A DNA stretch of 63,738 nt, counting the filler. It is 5 parts of 5 records of this genome, joined end to end, with 100 filler letters (N's around TTAATTAATTAA, not from the genome) between each part and the next. Parts side by side here need not be neighbours in the genome. Positions count along the whole stretch, not along the records: positions 1 to 17,570 come from SRR31156797_1807; 4 more parts are not named here. One strand, written 5' to 3'. The notes below the pieces were generated by a model that did not search any database, was not told the origin of the DNA, and saw only the letters and a list, made by a program, of their open reading frames with translations. Below, one piece after another: positions 1-9,764 of the stretch. The first letter of the stretch is position 1. Each line of letters starts with the position of its first letter. A program made the position numbers and the translations under genes.

Positions 1-222
1 AGGATTTAGGTGAGGTCTGTTTGGAGGAAAAAAACTAACTAAAAAACAAGAACCCCTTAAAACAAAGGGTTTGATAGTTTCTGAGAGCACATTAAAAAAG
101 TTAGGAGGTAAGAGTAAAATTGAATTTAAATGAACAAATAAATTTAGATTTATCTTTCGTCACAATTTACAAAAGAAAATTAAAGCATATCTTCAAAAGA
201 ATTGCATTAATAAATAAATTAT

Positions 223-258
223 TAAGACCTCGAGTATCTAATGATATCCGAGGTCTTA
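223..258. terminator. Stem-loop downstream of the AEC transporter gene
   Basis: TAAGACCTCG (223-232) pairs with CGAGGTCTTA (249-258), immediately after the stop at 261. Confidence 0.6.
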
Positions 259-260
259 TT

Positions 261-1199
261 TTAATATATCAGTTCCAATAAAAATGCATGTAAAGGTATG
301 GAAATTATGCACAATATAGTAGAAAGTCCAACCATAAGTGCCGAGAATTCATGATCTTTTTTATATTGTCTGGCAATAATAGCCAAATTAGTCATTATTG
401 GCAGAGAGGCTGTGATTACAAATACTTTTTTCGTTAAAGCATTCATATCGATGAACACTCCTGCTATTTCTATAATTATAATAGCAAGTATTGGGGCTAA
501 TACAAATCTTCCTGCCAGAACTAAAATTACGTCTCTATTGAATTTAAATGACTTAAAGTCTGAGTTGTAGATAACTGTTCCCAGAAATAACATTCCCAGC
601 GGTGTTGTCATACTACCGAATTTCTTCAGTGGAGAGTATAATGCTTCAGGTAGTGGAAGACCAATTATTATTAGCGTGATTGCTATAAAAAATGCAATTA
701 ACGGTGGTGTAATCAATTTTTTTAAACTTTCGAGTATTGAGAATTTCTCTTTTCCTTTTGTGAAATTAAAGATTCCCAATGTCCAGAAAGTTGAAAAACT
801 AGCGAACCAGTATATAAACAGATATGCTGCTGCTTCCTCACCAAACAGAGTTGTGTTTACCGGTAATCCTATGAATAAAGTGTTGGAAAACATGATCATA
901 TTAACAACAGCTGATTGTCTGGGAACATTGATTTTAAAAATTCTAATTAAGATTAAACCTGCTGCGTACATAGCTAGAATTATGATATAGCAGACAAATA
1001 GTTTAAAAAGAGAATTTATTAAATCCTGTTTAGTAAATCTATCCATAAATGCAGTTAATACTGCTGCCGGAAGGCACAGATTAATTAGTAATCTTCCAAA
1101 TACTGAGTTTGTTTCGTCATTTAATACTCCCCGCCTTGCGAAGATATATCCTGTTCCCATCATAATGAAGATCATTATGATACTGTTTAATATGTTCAT
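261..1199 (-). CDS. AEC (auxin efflux carrier/malate permease) family transporter
   Basis: 312 aa with about 10 hydrophobic segments; motifs FSNTLFIGLP, TPPLIA and ASLP; RBS AGAGGAG. Confidence 0.85.
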   Translation of the reverse strand: MNILNSIIMIFIMMGTGYIFARRGVLNDETNSVFGRLLINLCLPAAVLTAFMDRFTKQDLINSLFKLFVCYIIILAMYAAGLILIRIFKINVPRQSAVVNMIMFSNTLFIGLPVNTTLFGEEAAAYLFIYWFASFSTFWTLGIFNFTKGKEKFSILESLKKLITPPLIAFFIAITLIIIGLPLPEALYSPLKKFGSMTTPLGMLFLGTVIYNSDFKSFKFNRDVILVLAGRFVLAPILAIIIIEIAGVFIDMNALTKKVFVITASLPIMTNLAIIARQYKKDHEFSALMVGLSTILCIISIPLHAFLLELIY

Positions 1200-1324
1200 A
1201 TTTCTCCTCTTTTCTTTATATCGCTTGCTTATAGTTATAATTGATTTTATGATATTTTATCATTTGCTAAAACGAAAGTCTAATAATAATTTATTATTGA
1301 GTAATATAAGTTTTTTTATTTTTA

Positions 1325-1350
1325 GTAAGGGCGCACTTTGCAGTACGCCC
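1325..1350. repeat. Single degenerate GTAG-type REP-like hairpin
   Basis: GTAAGGGCGCACTTTGCAGTACGCCC: GC-rich imperfect hairpin in an AT-rich intergenic region. Confidence 0.4.
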
Positions 1351-1383
1351 CGAGGTAATTCTATGTGATTTAGATTAAATAGC

Positions 1384-2988
1384 TTATAATCTGTCGTTAG
1401 CTTTTTGTAAGATATCGATAATTTCATTTAATCCTAATTTGTTAAGAGTTTCAACATATGAATCCCATTCAGCGTCGATATCAGACCCTTGTAGAATCCA
1501 TGTTTGAACAGTTTCTTCCATATATGTTTGGATATATGTCCATTTAGCATCATAGACTTCTCTTTCTTCTACTGATAAGTTAGGTGCTACGAACTCTTCG
1601 AAGTATTTAACTTGATCGCTGCTGTACATATCGGCACCTTTTTGAGCAATTGCGTTTGTCCATTGTTTTTCGTAGTCATAGTTCATTTTGAATCCGATAG
1701 GGATTTGCGCTCCGGCTTCCCACATTTGTTGGTTAACAGCTTTATCAGCGTCTAATACAGTGCTGTTAAATTTAGGCTTACCATTAACCATATCGTAGTG
1801 AATTCCTTCTACACCGTAGTTAGCAAGTCTTCTACCCTCTTCTGTAAAGAAGAAATTGAAGTATTTAACTGTTTCGACTGCATGTTTATTTTCCATTGTG
1901 ATTGCCCATCCATCAGGTTTAACTAATGCTCTTTGGTTTTCTTCGATTCTTTCACCATTTACATTAACAGGTGGAAGCATTGGTTGAAGATTAAATCCGT
2001 TAATTTTACTACCTAAAGCTTGGTTGAATTTAGCAGTACTTGCCATCCAGTCATGTGTCATACCACCTTGGTTAGATGTGAATAAGATTTCTCTTGTTTT
2101 CTTACCTCTAGTGAATACTTCCGGATCGATTAAGCCTTCTTGATACCATTTAGTTAAGTTTTTGATTCCATCTTTGAATGCTGGTTCTGCCCAACCGTGA
2201 GCAACTTTACCATCTTCTGTTTTGTAGAAAGTACAACCATTATCTGTACCAGCTGTTCTAGCTCCCCATAAAGTAGCCATTCTGATCATTTCATACCAGT
2301 GTCTGAAGATCATTGGTATTTCATCACTTACACCATTACCATTTGGATCTTGAGTTTTGAATGCTTTCATAGCTGCGTAGAAATCTTCTATATTGTCAGG
2401 TTGTTCTAATCCTAATTTGTCTAACCAATCTTGTCTGATCCAGTATCCTCTTGATACTCTTCCATCTTGTACGTATGGAATGAAGTAGATGTTTCCATCA
2501 GGAGCAGTGATTGATTTTCTAATAGCCGGATTTTCATCCATGAATTTTTGAATATCAGGTGCATAATCTGCAATAAGGTCATTTAATGGAATAAATGCTC
2601 CTTCCATTCCGTATCTGATAAAGTCATCTTTTCTCTTATCTCCACCTACGATATCAGGTAATTTACCAGATACCATCATGATGTTGAATATCTCAGTACT
2701 GTTCGTACCTGTAGTTGAAGCTACGTTTTTAAGAGTTACGTTTGTTAATTTAGCTGCTTCTTGTGCTACCGGCCAGCTTTCGTCATAGTGATATTTATTT
2801 CTGAAATGCATATGTATATCTAATTCTAGTGGTTTTTCACTTACTAAATTTCCTTCTAATGTTTTAGCTGCTTCTTTTGAAGGAGCTTTTTTTGCTGATG
2901 AGCTAGAAGAAACCTCTTCTTTTTCACCACAAGCTGTTAATGCTAATAGAGCTAAACTTGCTAATAATAATTTTGATTTATTTGTCAT
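1384..2988 (-). CDS. algQ: Alginate-oligosaccharide ABC transporter solute-binding lipoprotein (AlgQ1/AlgQ2-like)
   Basis: Lipobox LTAC; segments IHMHFRNKY, APDGNIYFIPY, WGAR, THDW, PDGWAIT and GAQIPIGF that I recognise from Sphingomonas A1 AlgQ proteins. Confidence 0.85.
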   Translation of the reverse strand: MTNKSKLLLASLALLALTACGEKEEVSSSSSAKKAPSKEAAKTLEGNLVSEKPLELDIHMHFRNKYHYDESWPVAQEAAKLTNVTLKNVASTTGTNSTEIFNIMMVSGKLPDIVGGDKRKDDFIRYGMEGAFIPLNDLIADYAPDIQKFMDENPAIRKSITAPDGNIYFIPYVQDGRVSRGYWIRQDWLDKLGLEQPDNIEDFYAAMKAFKTQDPNGNGVSDEIPMIFRHWYEMIRMATLWGARTAGTDNGCTFYKTEDGKVAHGWAEPAFKDGIKNLTKWYQEGLIDPEVFTRGKKTREILFTSNQGGMTHDWMASTAKFNQALGSKINGFNLQPMLPPVNVNGERIEENQRALVKPDGWAITMENKHAVETVKYFNFFFTEEGRRLANYGVEGIHYDMVNGKPKFNSTVLDADKAVNQQMWEAGAQIPIGFKMNYDYEKQWTNAIAQKGADMYSSDQVKYFEEFVAPNLSVEEREVYDAKWTYIQTYMEETVQTWILQGSDIDAEWDSYVETLNKLGLNEIIDILQKANDRL

Positions 2989-3093
2989 TATTTAATCCTC
3001 CTCATTTTATAAATTATACATGATAATTTATTTCATAGAAATAGTTTTATTGCTTTTTAATAAATTTTTTTATAAATTTAAAGCTTTTCTTGT

Positions 3094-3120
3094 ACCGAGG
3101 TGAGCTGTGATCACCCCGGT
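3094..3120. terminator. Intergenic stem-loop between the porin gene and algQ
   Basis: ACCGAGGTGA-gctgtga-TCACCCCGGT. Confidence 0.45.
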
Positions 3121-3204
3121 ATATAGTTTTGGAGTCCTATATTATATCGAAAAAAATTAATAGGAGCTATGTAATAATTATATTATGTAATTAAATTTTA
3201 ATTC

Positions 3205-4110
3205 TTAGAAACTGTATGAAGCTGATACTTTGAAGAAATTAGTTGTGTAATCTTTATCAGAATCATCATATGTTGTAGGTTGTACATAGTATTGAGCAGC
3301 GTATTTAACTTCGTTGATTTTTTTGCTTACATCGATACCAAATCTGTTTCTGTTTTTACCCTCATCTTTTTCATCTCCACTAGAAGAAGTACTTTCAATG
3401 TCGACTACGTTTAATCTTACCCATGGTTTAACTGTTACGCCAGCTAATTTAGTTGTAACTGCAGCTCTTAATTGGTGTTCAACTACTTCAGTTTCATCGT
3501 CTGATTCGATTCCTAATTTAGTACTGTTATAGTAGTATACTCCAATTTTGTAGTTATCGATACCTGAGTATTCTGCACCAGTTTGCATTTCATGGTAGTA
3601 GTAATAAGGATCTGTATTAGCATCAGCATCTTTATATTTTGATAACATCCAATCACCGACTACTTTTATATCTTCTCCAACAGGTACTGAGAATTTTGGT
3701 CTAAATCTGTAAGACATATATTGTTGATCTTTTGAATCATAAGACTCACTTCTGATACCTAATCCTAAATCTACTTTTGTTCCATTTTCAAGTTTAACAA
3801 TTGGATTATATAAGTAAGCAGTTACTCTTGTTTTTGCTTTGAATGAGTTTAAATCCTCCTCTTCATCGTCAGCGTCTAAATTAAAATCATCATAATCATA
3901 TGTTTTTGCTTCTAATTCAAACTTTGCTCCACCTTTTAATTTTTCAGAAACTTTCATACCAACTGTTACATAATCAATTTTTTCTCCATTATCAGTGTCT
4001 GCATAATCATTTGACTCTACTTCTGTAAAGAATGTAGCTGACCCAGCGAATGATGTTAGAGACATAGTTGCTAACAATAGTGCACCAATAATAATTTGAA
4101 CCTTCTTCAT
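3205..4110 (-). CDS. Outer-membrane beta-barrel protein, probable oligo-uronate porin
   Basis: Signal peptide, alternating amphipathic strands rich in Y/R/K, C-terminal BAM-type signal ending VSASYSF; alginate-locus context. Confidence 0.7.
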   Translation of the reverse strand: MKKVQIIIGALLLATMSLTSFAGSATFFTEVESNDYADTDNGEKIDYVTVGMKVSEKLKGGAKFELEAKTYDYDDFNLDADDEEEDLNSFKAKTRVTAYLYNPIVKLENGTKVDLGLGIRSESYDSKDQQYMSYRFRPKFSVPVGEDIKVVGDWMLSKYKDADANTDPYYYYHEMQTGAEYSGIDNYKIGVYYYNSTKLGIESDDETEVVEHQLRAAVTTKLAGVTVKPWVRLNVVDIESTSSSGDEKDEGKNRNRFGIDVSKKINEVKYAAQYYVQPTTYDDSDKDYTTNFFKVSASYSF

Positions 4111-4805
4111 TAAATGTCCTCCGTAATGTAAAAAATGTTGCAGCTTTTCAAGAAGATAGTTTATAAATAAATAATATTAATGCTTTTTGAAACACCTTCT
4201 CAATTAGCTTACAAATAATAACCTTTGATTAAATCAAGAATAAATAATAAAATTTGATTTAACCTTAACCATTTGACCTACTGTTATATTAAAAAAACTT
4301 ATTTTTGTTCTCTCTTCATTTGTTCAGGATGAAGAGAGTTAAGACTAGAGAGATGTAAACATAAAATAAGAGCTTTGCATAATACCTAAGATTATTTCAA
4401 AATTTTCTGCAAAATCTTTAATAATGTTACTTGGATGATGTAAAGTAACAAATTAATTAACGGTTAGATGTTTTTTAAGTAAAATCTATTTGATTTTTCA
4501 TTAAAAAATATCTTTGTGCAAAGGTCTAAGGATATATGTTTATATATAATTAACGTTACAAATCTTGATGTTGAGTGTAGCTCTTTAGATTTGTTCGTTT
4601 ATTACAGTTTATTGCATTACAACTTGTTGATTATGTTTTTGAGAAACTGAAGCACTTTTTAAGTTAAATTCGATTAATATTAAAATAAAAAGCACTTAGT
4701 CCTCATAAATATTATTTATTTGAGTTCTGTATAGGTATATTTAAGGAATGTTGACCTTATACAAAACTCTTGTTAAGGGTATGTCTTGGAGATAAAATTA
4801 AGTAA

Positions 4806-5558
4806 TTAGATACCTAATGCTTGTCCTCCACCGATTTGGATAGTTTCAGCAGTGATGAATGAAGCATCGTCGGAAGCAAGGAAAGAAATTACAGATGCAA
4901 CTTCCTCAGGTTGTCCAAGTCTTCCAAGTAATATATTGTTTTTCCATGAAGCGAATACTTCAGGTTTAGTTGATTTGATTTGTGCATGGAATGGAGTATC
5001 GATTGTACCAGGTGATACAGCGTTTACTCTGATTCCGTATTCAGCAAGGTCCTTTGCCATTGCTCTAGTTATTGTGTTTACTCCTGCTTTTGAAGTTCCG
5101 TAAATTCCAGCTCCAGGTCCACCGGCATTCCATCCTGCGTTAGATGTAAAGTTAATGATTGAAGCATTTTCTCCTTTTTTAAGGAATGGAATAGCTGCTC
5201 TTGAAGCGAAGAATACTGAATCAAGGTTAAGAGCCATTACGAATCTGTAGAAGTCATCTGTCATCTCTTCGAATCTAGATCTTCCTCCTAATCCTCCGGC
5301 GTTGTTTACAAGAAGATCAATTTTTCCGTATTTTTCTCCGATTTTTTTGATGTTCTCAGTTACAGTTTCAGATTTAGTTACATCGAAACCATAGTATTCA
5401 GCTGTAATTCCTTCTGCTGCTAACTCTTCTACTCTTTTTGCTCCCATATCATCTTCGATACCGTTTAATACTACTGTGTATCCATCTTTACCAAGTCTTT
5501 TAGCTACTTGAAATCCTATTCCACCAGTTGCACCAGTGATTAATGCGATTTTACTCAT
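4806..5558 (-). CDS. SDR oxidoreductase, probable DEH (4-deoxy-L-erythro-5-hexoseulose uronate) reductase
   Basis: TGATGGIG, NNAGGLGGR, GGPGAGIYGTSK (YxxxK) and PGTIDTPFH, as in A1-R-type DEH reductases; context. Confidence 0.85.
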   Translation of the reverse strand: MSKIALITGATGGIGFQVAKRLGKDGYTVVLNGIEDDMGAKRVEELAAEGITAEYYGFDVTKSETVTENIKKIGEKYGKIDLLVNNAGGLGGRSRFEEMTDDFYRFVMALNLDSVFFASRAAIPFLKKGENASIINFTSNAGWNAGGPGAGIYGTSKAGVNTITRAMAKDLAEYGIRVNAVSPGTIDTPFHAQIKSTKPEVFASWKNNILLGRLGQPEEVASVISFLASDDASFITAETIQIGGGQALGI

Positions 5559-5632
5559 TTAATTTCCTCCTGTTTCCCCCCTCCAACCTCCTGTTAAAGA
5601 GGAGAATGTGTGGGGGTACGTTTTTTATATTT

Positions 5633-7534
5633 TTATAAACTCCATACAGAGTTAAAAGTTGTTTCTTTAGCTTTTTCTCTTAATACTACTGTTGTTCTAT
5701 GTTTATTTACCGGGTTATCCATTGTTTTACAGATGAAAATTTCTTTATTAGCTGTGTCAAATTTTGTAGTGAAGATAATGTCATCAATATCCCACATTAA
5801 GTTTAGTGAATCTGCATCACAGTTGACTTTTTTTACTTCTGAGATATGTTGATATCCGTTAGCCGAGTATCCGAAATCAGCGTTGTCAGTATTTAATACT
5901 GTGATAAGTTTTACATCTGCTTCAAAGTGATAGAAGCAATCTAAATTAACTTCCTCTTCTGAAGTAATAGTAAATAGATCATTGAAGCTGTTTTCGTTAA
6001 GTTCAATTTTTCTGGTAAAATCAACGTTATTTTCAGTTTCATCATATACATTGTTTGATTTAACCTCTAAAGTATTATCTGTGAAGTTTAAGATATCACC
6101 TTTAGCAATAGAAGTTTGGTTCATACCATTTACAGAAATAGTATTGTGTGACGGTGTAGCTCTATGCCATTCATTACAAAGTCTTGAAACATAACCTGAG
6201 TTAGAGAGATCTCTACTGATTAGTTTGTCTTTTAGCGTAATCTCTATGTTCATCTTGTCAGCATGAGCATGACTTTTTGCCATATGTCCATATTTAAGGA
6301 AAACATTAACTTTTTCATTTTTAAGTATTCCTACATTTGAACTTTCAAAATTAATTGATCCTTTGCTTGGAAGTGTATCTCCTGATTTATCAAAATCAGC
6401 ATTGAATAACAACTCTTCCATAGAAAGTTTATTAGCGTAGTAATAAGGTCTTGCTAATTGCGGATCTTTTCTTTCCAGTTCAGAAGCTTCGATAGTTCTA
6501 AGTAAAGCTCCCATCTTCTCTTCACCATAGATTTTATATGCTAAGTGATAAACAAATGAGAATGTTTTAAGGCTGATATCCGGCCATCCATCATTAGGAT
6601 TTGGGAAGATCAGATTATCAAACGCATACTCATAAGCAGCATTTAACATATTTTCTACTGTAGTTTCTATAATTTCGCACTCTTTGTTGTATAGTTTGCT
6701 GAAATGAAGTAGTGCTATGATTCCTTCAAGAGTAAAGAAGTTATAAAGCATTGAACCTTCATACCACATGTGGGCTTCAGTTACTCCTTCAAGCAGCTGT
6801 TTGTTGATGTTGAATTCACTTTCAAATGCATAATCGATCATCTCTTGATCCCCTGCAAATAGTCCCATAACTCCGATGGCACATATTGACCAGCAAGGTT
6901 TGTTATGAACTTTGTTTGCCTGAGGAGCTAAGATCGTATAGATCTCTTTGAACATTTTAGTATTAACCATCTCAATAAACTCTTTAGGTAGATCTTCTTT
7001 CACTGTTTCAAGTATATTTGCGATTTTAGTTGCTATAATTGCTTCGTTTAACTCTTGTGGCATGATTCTCGCATATCCAAGTTTTCCTGTATTTGTTATC
7101 TCCATTGCTGTATCTCTTGCATGAATCACAAAGTTAGTATAGTTTTCTGCATAATAACCAATTAGTTTTATTACATCTTCTAAGTATTTTTCTTCTCCGC
7201 TTACTTTGTAAACTGCAGCAGCTTTTTGTGCTGTTGAGATAGCTTCATTTCTATAAAAATATGTCCATACTCTGTCTAACTCATCACTTTTGTACTCGGT
7301 TCCGCAAATTGTGCAGATATGTGAGTTAGGATTAGCTCTGTCATATTTTAGAATTCCACCATCTTCTTCACAGAAATATTTGTGTCCCCAATCAGTCATT
7401 TTGTTGTAATCATCTGTGAAGCTGTCAGAAAAATCTCTAATTTCGCTTCTCATTTGATCTACCATTTTATGAATATCTGTATTTGTATTCTTGTATTCTT
7501 TTTGAATAAACTCAATATTACTTATATAATCCAT
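5633..7534 (-). CDS. Heparinase II/III-like (PL17-like) oligo-alginate lyase
   Basis: VHNKPCW, WYEGSMLYNFF, PNPNDGWP, HAHADKMN, SHNTISVNG; no signal peptide. Confidence 0.75.
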   Translation of the reverse strand: MDYISNIEFIQKEYKNTNTDIHKMVDQMRSEIRDFSDSFTDDYNKMTDWGHKYFCEEDGGILKYDRANPNSHICTICGTEYKSDELDRVWTYFYRNEAISTAQKAAAVYKVSGEEKYLEDVIKLIGYYAENYTNFVIHARDTAMEITNTGKLGYARIMPQELNEAIIATKIANILETVKEDLPKEFIEMVNTKMFKEIYTILAPQANKVHNKPCWSICAIGVMGLFAGDQEMIDYAFESEFNINKQLLEGVTEAHMWYEGSMLYNFFTLEGIIALLHFSKLYNKECEIIETTVENMLNAAYEYAFDNLIFPNPNDGWPDISLKTFSFVYHLAYKIYGEEKMGALLRTIEASELERKDPQLARPYYYANKLSMEELLFNADFDKSGDTLPSKGSINFESSNVGILKNEKVNVFLKYGHMAKSHAHADKMNIEITLKDKLISRDLSNSGYVSRLCNEWHRATPSHNTISVNGMNQTSIAKGDILNFTDNTLEVKSNNVYDETENNVDFTRKIELNENSFNDLFTITSEEEVNLDCFYHFEADVKLITVLNTDNADFGYSANGYQHISEVKKVNCDADSLNLMWDIDDIIFTTKFDTANKEIFICKTMDNPVNKHRTTVVLREKAKETTFNSVWSL

Positions 7535-7562
7535 AACTTCACCTGTTCTTTTATATATTTTT

Positions 7563-9632
7563 TTATAAATTAATTACAGTAGCTTTTTCAGATGAACTGC
7601 TTACTGTGTTATCTTTATACTTTAGACTTGAACCTTTATACATAGCGTGTCCAATAACGTCATTATTGTCTGCAAGTTTTATGATGCACCATTTAGCATC
7701 AGTTGTAATATCTGCTATGTTTATTTCGTTTTCAGATTCGTTAAAAATGAAAATTTCTCTATAACTCTCAGTATGTATAACAGAACCAAAGCAATCATCT
7801 CCTTTTAGTTCCCCTACTTCAAACTTCTCTACATCAAAACTTCTTTGCGGCTTTAAGATATTAAAGAATTTCATATCTTTAGCTTTTTCACTGTTTTCTA
7901 TAACTACAGTTTTCATTCTTGTTTCTCTAAATTTATCCGGTTCCTGAGTTGTCATAACTGCTCTTACATTTGTGTCTTTGTTTAGAATAGTTTTGTCAGC
8001 AGGTTCCAGTGTATGAAGCTCTAATTTAGCCGGACCGTTTTCTATAATTAGTTTATTTTCTGCAACTTCTTTTGCTTTAGTATCAGCATTCATTAACCAT
8101 TGATAAGTATGCTCTTTTTCAGATTTCAGCTCATCTATCATATAGAAGTGAGTGTCTCCTGTGTAGATCATATGTCTGGCGAATCTAGTTAACTTTAGGT
8201 CTTTTTGATACATCTTAGATGCTTCACCAACTGTATAAACTACTGATCCTTCATTTATGAATTCCTCTATTTCAGCAACTGTCTCTTGTGGAGTGTCTTT
8301 CCAGATATTGTTTAATCCTTCTACATCATATCCAACTCCGTCAACTGTGATAACATTGTGCTCACAAGCTTTTACAGTTCTGTTATATCCATCATCAACA
8401 GCAAGATAAGAGTCGTATGCATGAAGAATGAAACTATTGTTATCAGGATGTTGATGACTAAGACCTCTAGTTTTCCATCCAAGTTCTTTGTCCATCTCCC
8501 ATGATCTTTTCCACTGCTTCTTCCCACCAGGGTGACCTGATTTGAATGACATATGGATGGCATCCTTTTCCCAGCCTGATCTGATTACTACTAATCCTAG
8601 ATCATCCCAATGTTTTACAGTTGGAAGTGTTGAGAACTCTTCCTCTTTTACTTCAGGGTCAAACCAGATAAGCTCTAACCAAGCTTCCGGTAGAATTCCA
8701 GGTTTAACACCTGATTCATATTGTTCCCTGAATAAAAATTCCTCTTTTACAGTATTTCCTAATTTTTGTGCATGTCCGTTGTTGTACTCTGCTGCAAATT
8801 TATAATACATTGCTGTAGAGTGTCCGCTTCTTCTATCGTGTGCGTCACCGAAGTTAACACATTCCTGTAAATTTGGTACAGCTTGATATAATCTGTATTC
8901 AAAAGTATTTTTTAAGAAACCAGAGTGTTCGAAATAGTTGAAACCTTCTCTATCACTTAATAAGTGAGCGTAAACCAGAAGCCACATAGCTCCATATCTC
9001 CAGTAAACAACACCTTCGTAGTCACTTCCATCATCAGCCATTACATCATATACTGTTTCAAAGTTTTCTTTCGCACAGTTGATCCAAGTATCTGAGTAAT
9101 CACTTTCACCTTCCATAGAGTATCCAAGTGCAGCAAGTCCGGTTAAGTTAATCCAGTTATGGTTTTGCCAAAATGCTGTACTCCATCCTCCACCTTTAGT
9201 TTCATCATAAAACTTATACATTCTTTCACCTTGAAGAATTAACTTGTCTTTTAACATTGTTCTTTCTTCGTCAGTTAATTTATCTTTTAACCAGTCGTAA
9301 CATATTGAGTAACCGAACATTAACCATGAAGCACTTAGGTCAACATCTACAAGATGCGCATGTCCCCAGTGAGGATATCCAACTCCTGTAAATATCCATC
9401 TTTTAGCTTCCTCTAAATAATGCTCCTGATCTGTTAGTAAGTAAGCAAGTGATAAGTTCACTGCCGCCATTCCCATAAAAGTAGAACTTCCCTTTGGATG
9501 TTCCTCTGTTAAATTTTGTGTTGAGTATAATCTGCATTGTTCATAAAGTCTTTTAAAATGACTTTTTCTATTTGATTGTATATCTTTTTTTAAATCCTCT
9601 AAGTTATGACCTAGAAATAGATAATTTCTCAG
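7563..9632 (-). CDS. DUF4962/heparinase II/III-type oligo-alginate lyase, probable CTG start
   Basis: NHNWIN, DGSDYEGVVYWRYG, HQHPDNNSF, EHNVITVDG; the frame stays open 52 codons upstream of the track's ATG (9476) to a CTG preceded by RBS AAGAGGTG. Confidence 0.75.
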   Translation of the reverse strand: MRNYLFLGHNLEDLKKDIQSNRKSHFKRLYEQCRLYSTQNLTEEHPKGSSTFMGMAAVNLSLAYLLTDQEHYLEEAKRWIFTGVGYPHWGHAHLVDVDLSASWLMFGYSICYDWLKDKLTDEERTMLKDKLILQGERMYKFYDETKGGGWSTAFWQNHNWINLTGLAALGYSMEGESDYSDTWINCAKENFETVYDVMADDGSDYEGVVYWRYGAMWLLVYAHLLSDREGFNYFEHSGFLKNTFEYRLYQAVPNLQECVNFGDAHDRRSGHSTAMYYKFAAEYNNGHAQKLGNTVKEEFLFREQYESGVKPGILPEAWLELIWFDPEVKEEEFSTLPTVKHWDDLGLVVIRSGWEKDAIHMSFKSGHPGGKKQWKRSWEMDKELGWKTRGLSHQHPDNNSFILHAYDSYLAVDDGYNRTVKACEHNVITVDGVGYDVEGLNNIWKDTPQETVAEIEEFINEGSVVYTVGEASKMYQKDLKLTRFARHMIYTGDTHFYMIDELKSEKEHTYQWLMNADTKAKEVAENKLIIENGPAKLELHTLEPADKTILNKDTNVRAVMTTQEPDKFRETRMKTVVIENSEKAKDMKFFNILKPQRSFDVEKFEVGELKGDDCFGSVIHTESYREIFIFNESENEINIADITTDAKWCIIKLADNNDVIGHAMYKGSSLKYKDNTVSSSSEKATVINL

Positions 9633-9683
9633 TTTAATTCACCTCTTATTATTAATTATGAATTGATATAATTTTTTTAAACT

Positions 9684-9752
9684 GTAGGGGTAGGGTTTTC
9701 CTACCCGGAGCAAAACTGATTTTTACATTGGGCAAGAGAACCTTGCCCCTAC
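9684..9752. repeat. REPIN: inverted pair of GTAG-type REP elements
   Basis: GTAGGGGTAGGGTTTTCCTACCC (9684-9706) and inverted GGGCAAGAGAACCTTGCCCCTAC (9730-9752), each a hairpin with a GTAG head. Confidence 0.7.
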
Positions 9753-9764
9753 AAAATATTTTCT

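Noticed and set aside
120-281. Small TTG-start ORF after AGGAGG at the window start
   Set aside because: Long RBS spacing, runs through a terminator into the convergent gene, and has no recognisable motif.
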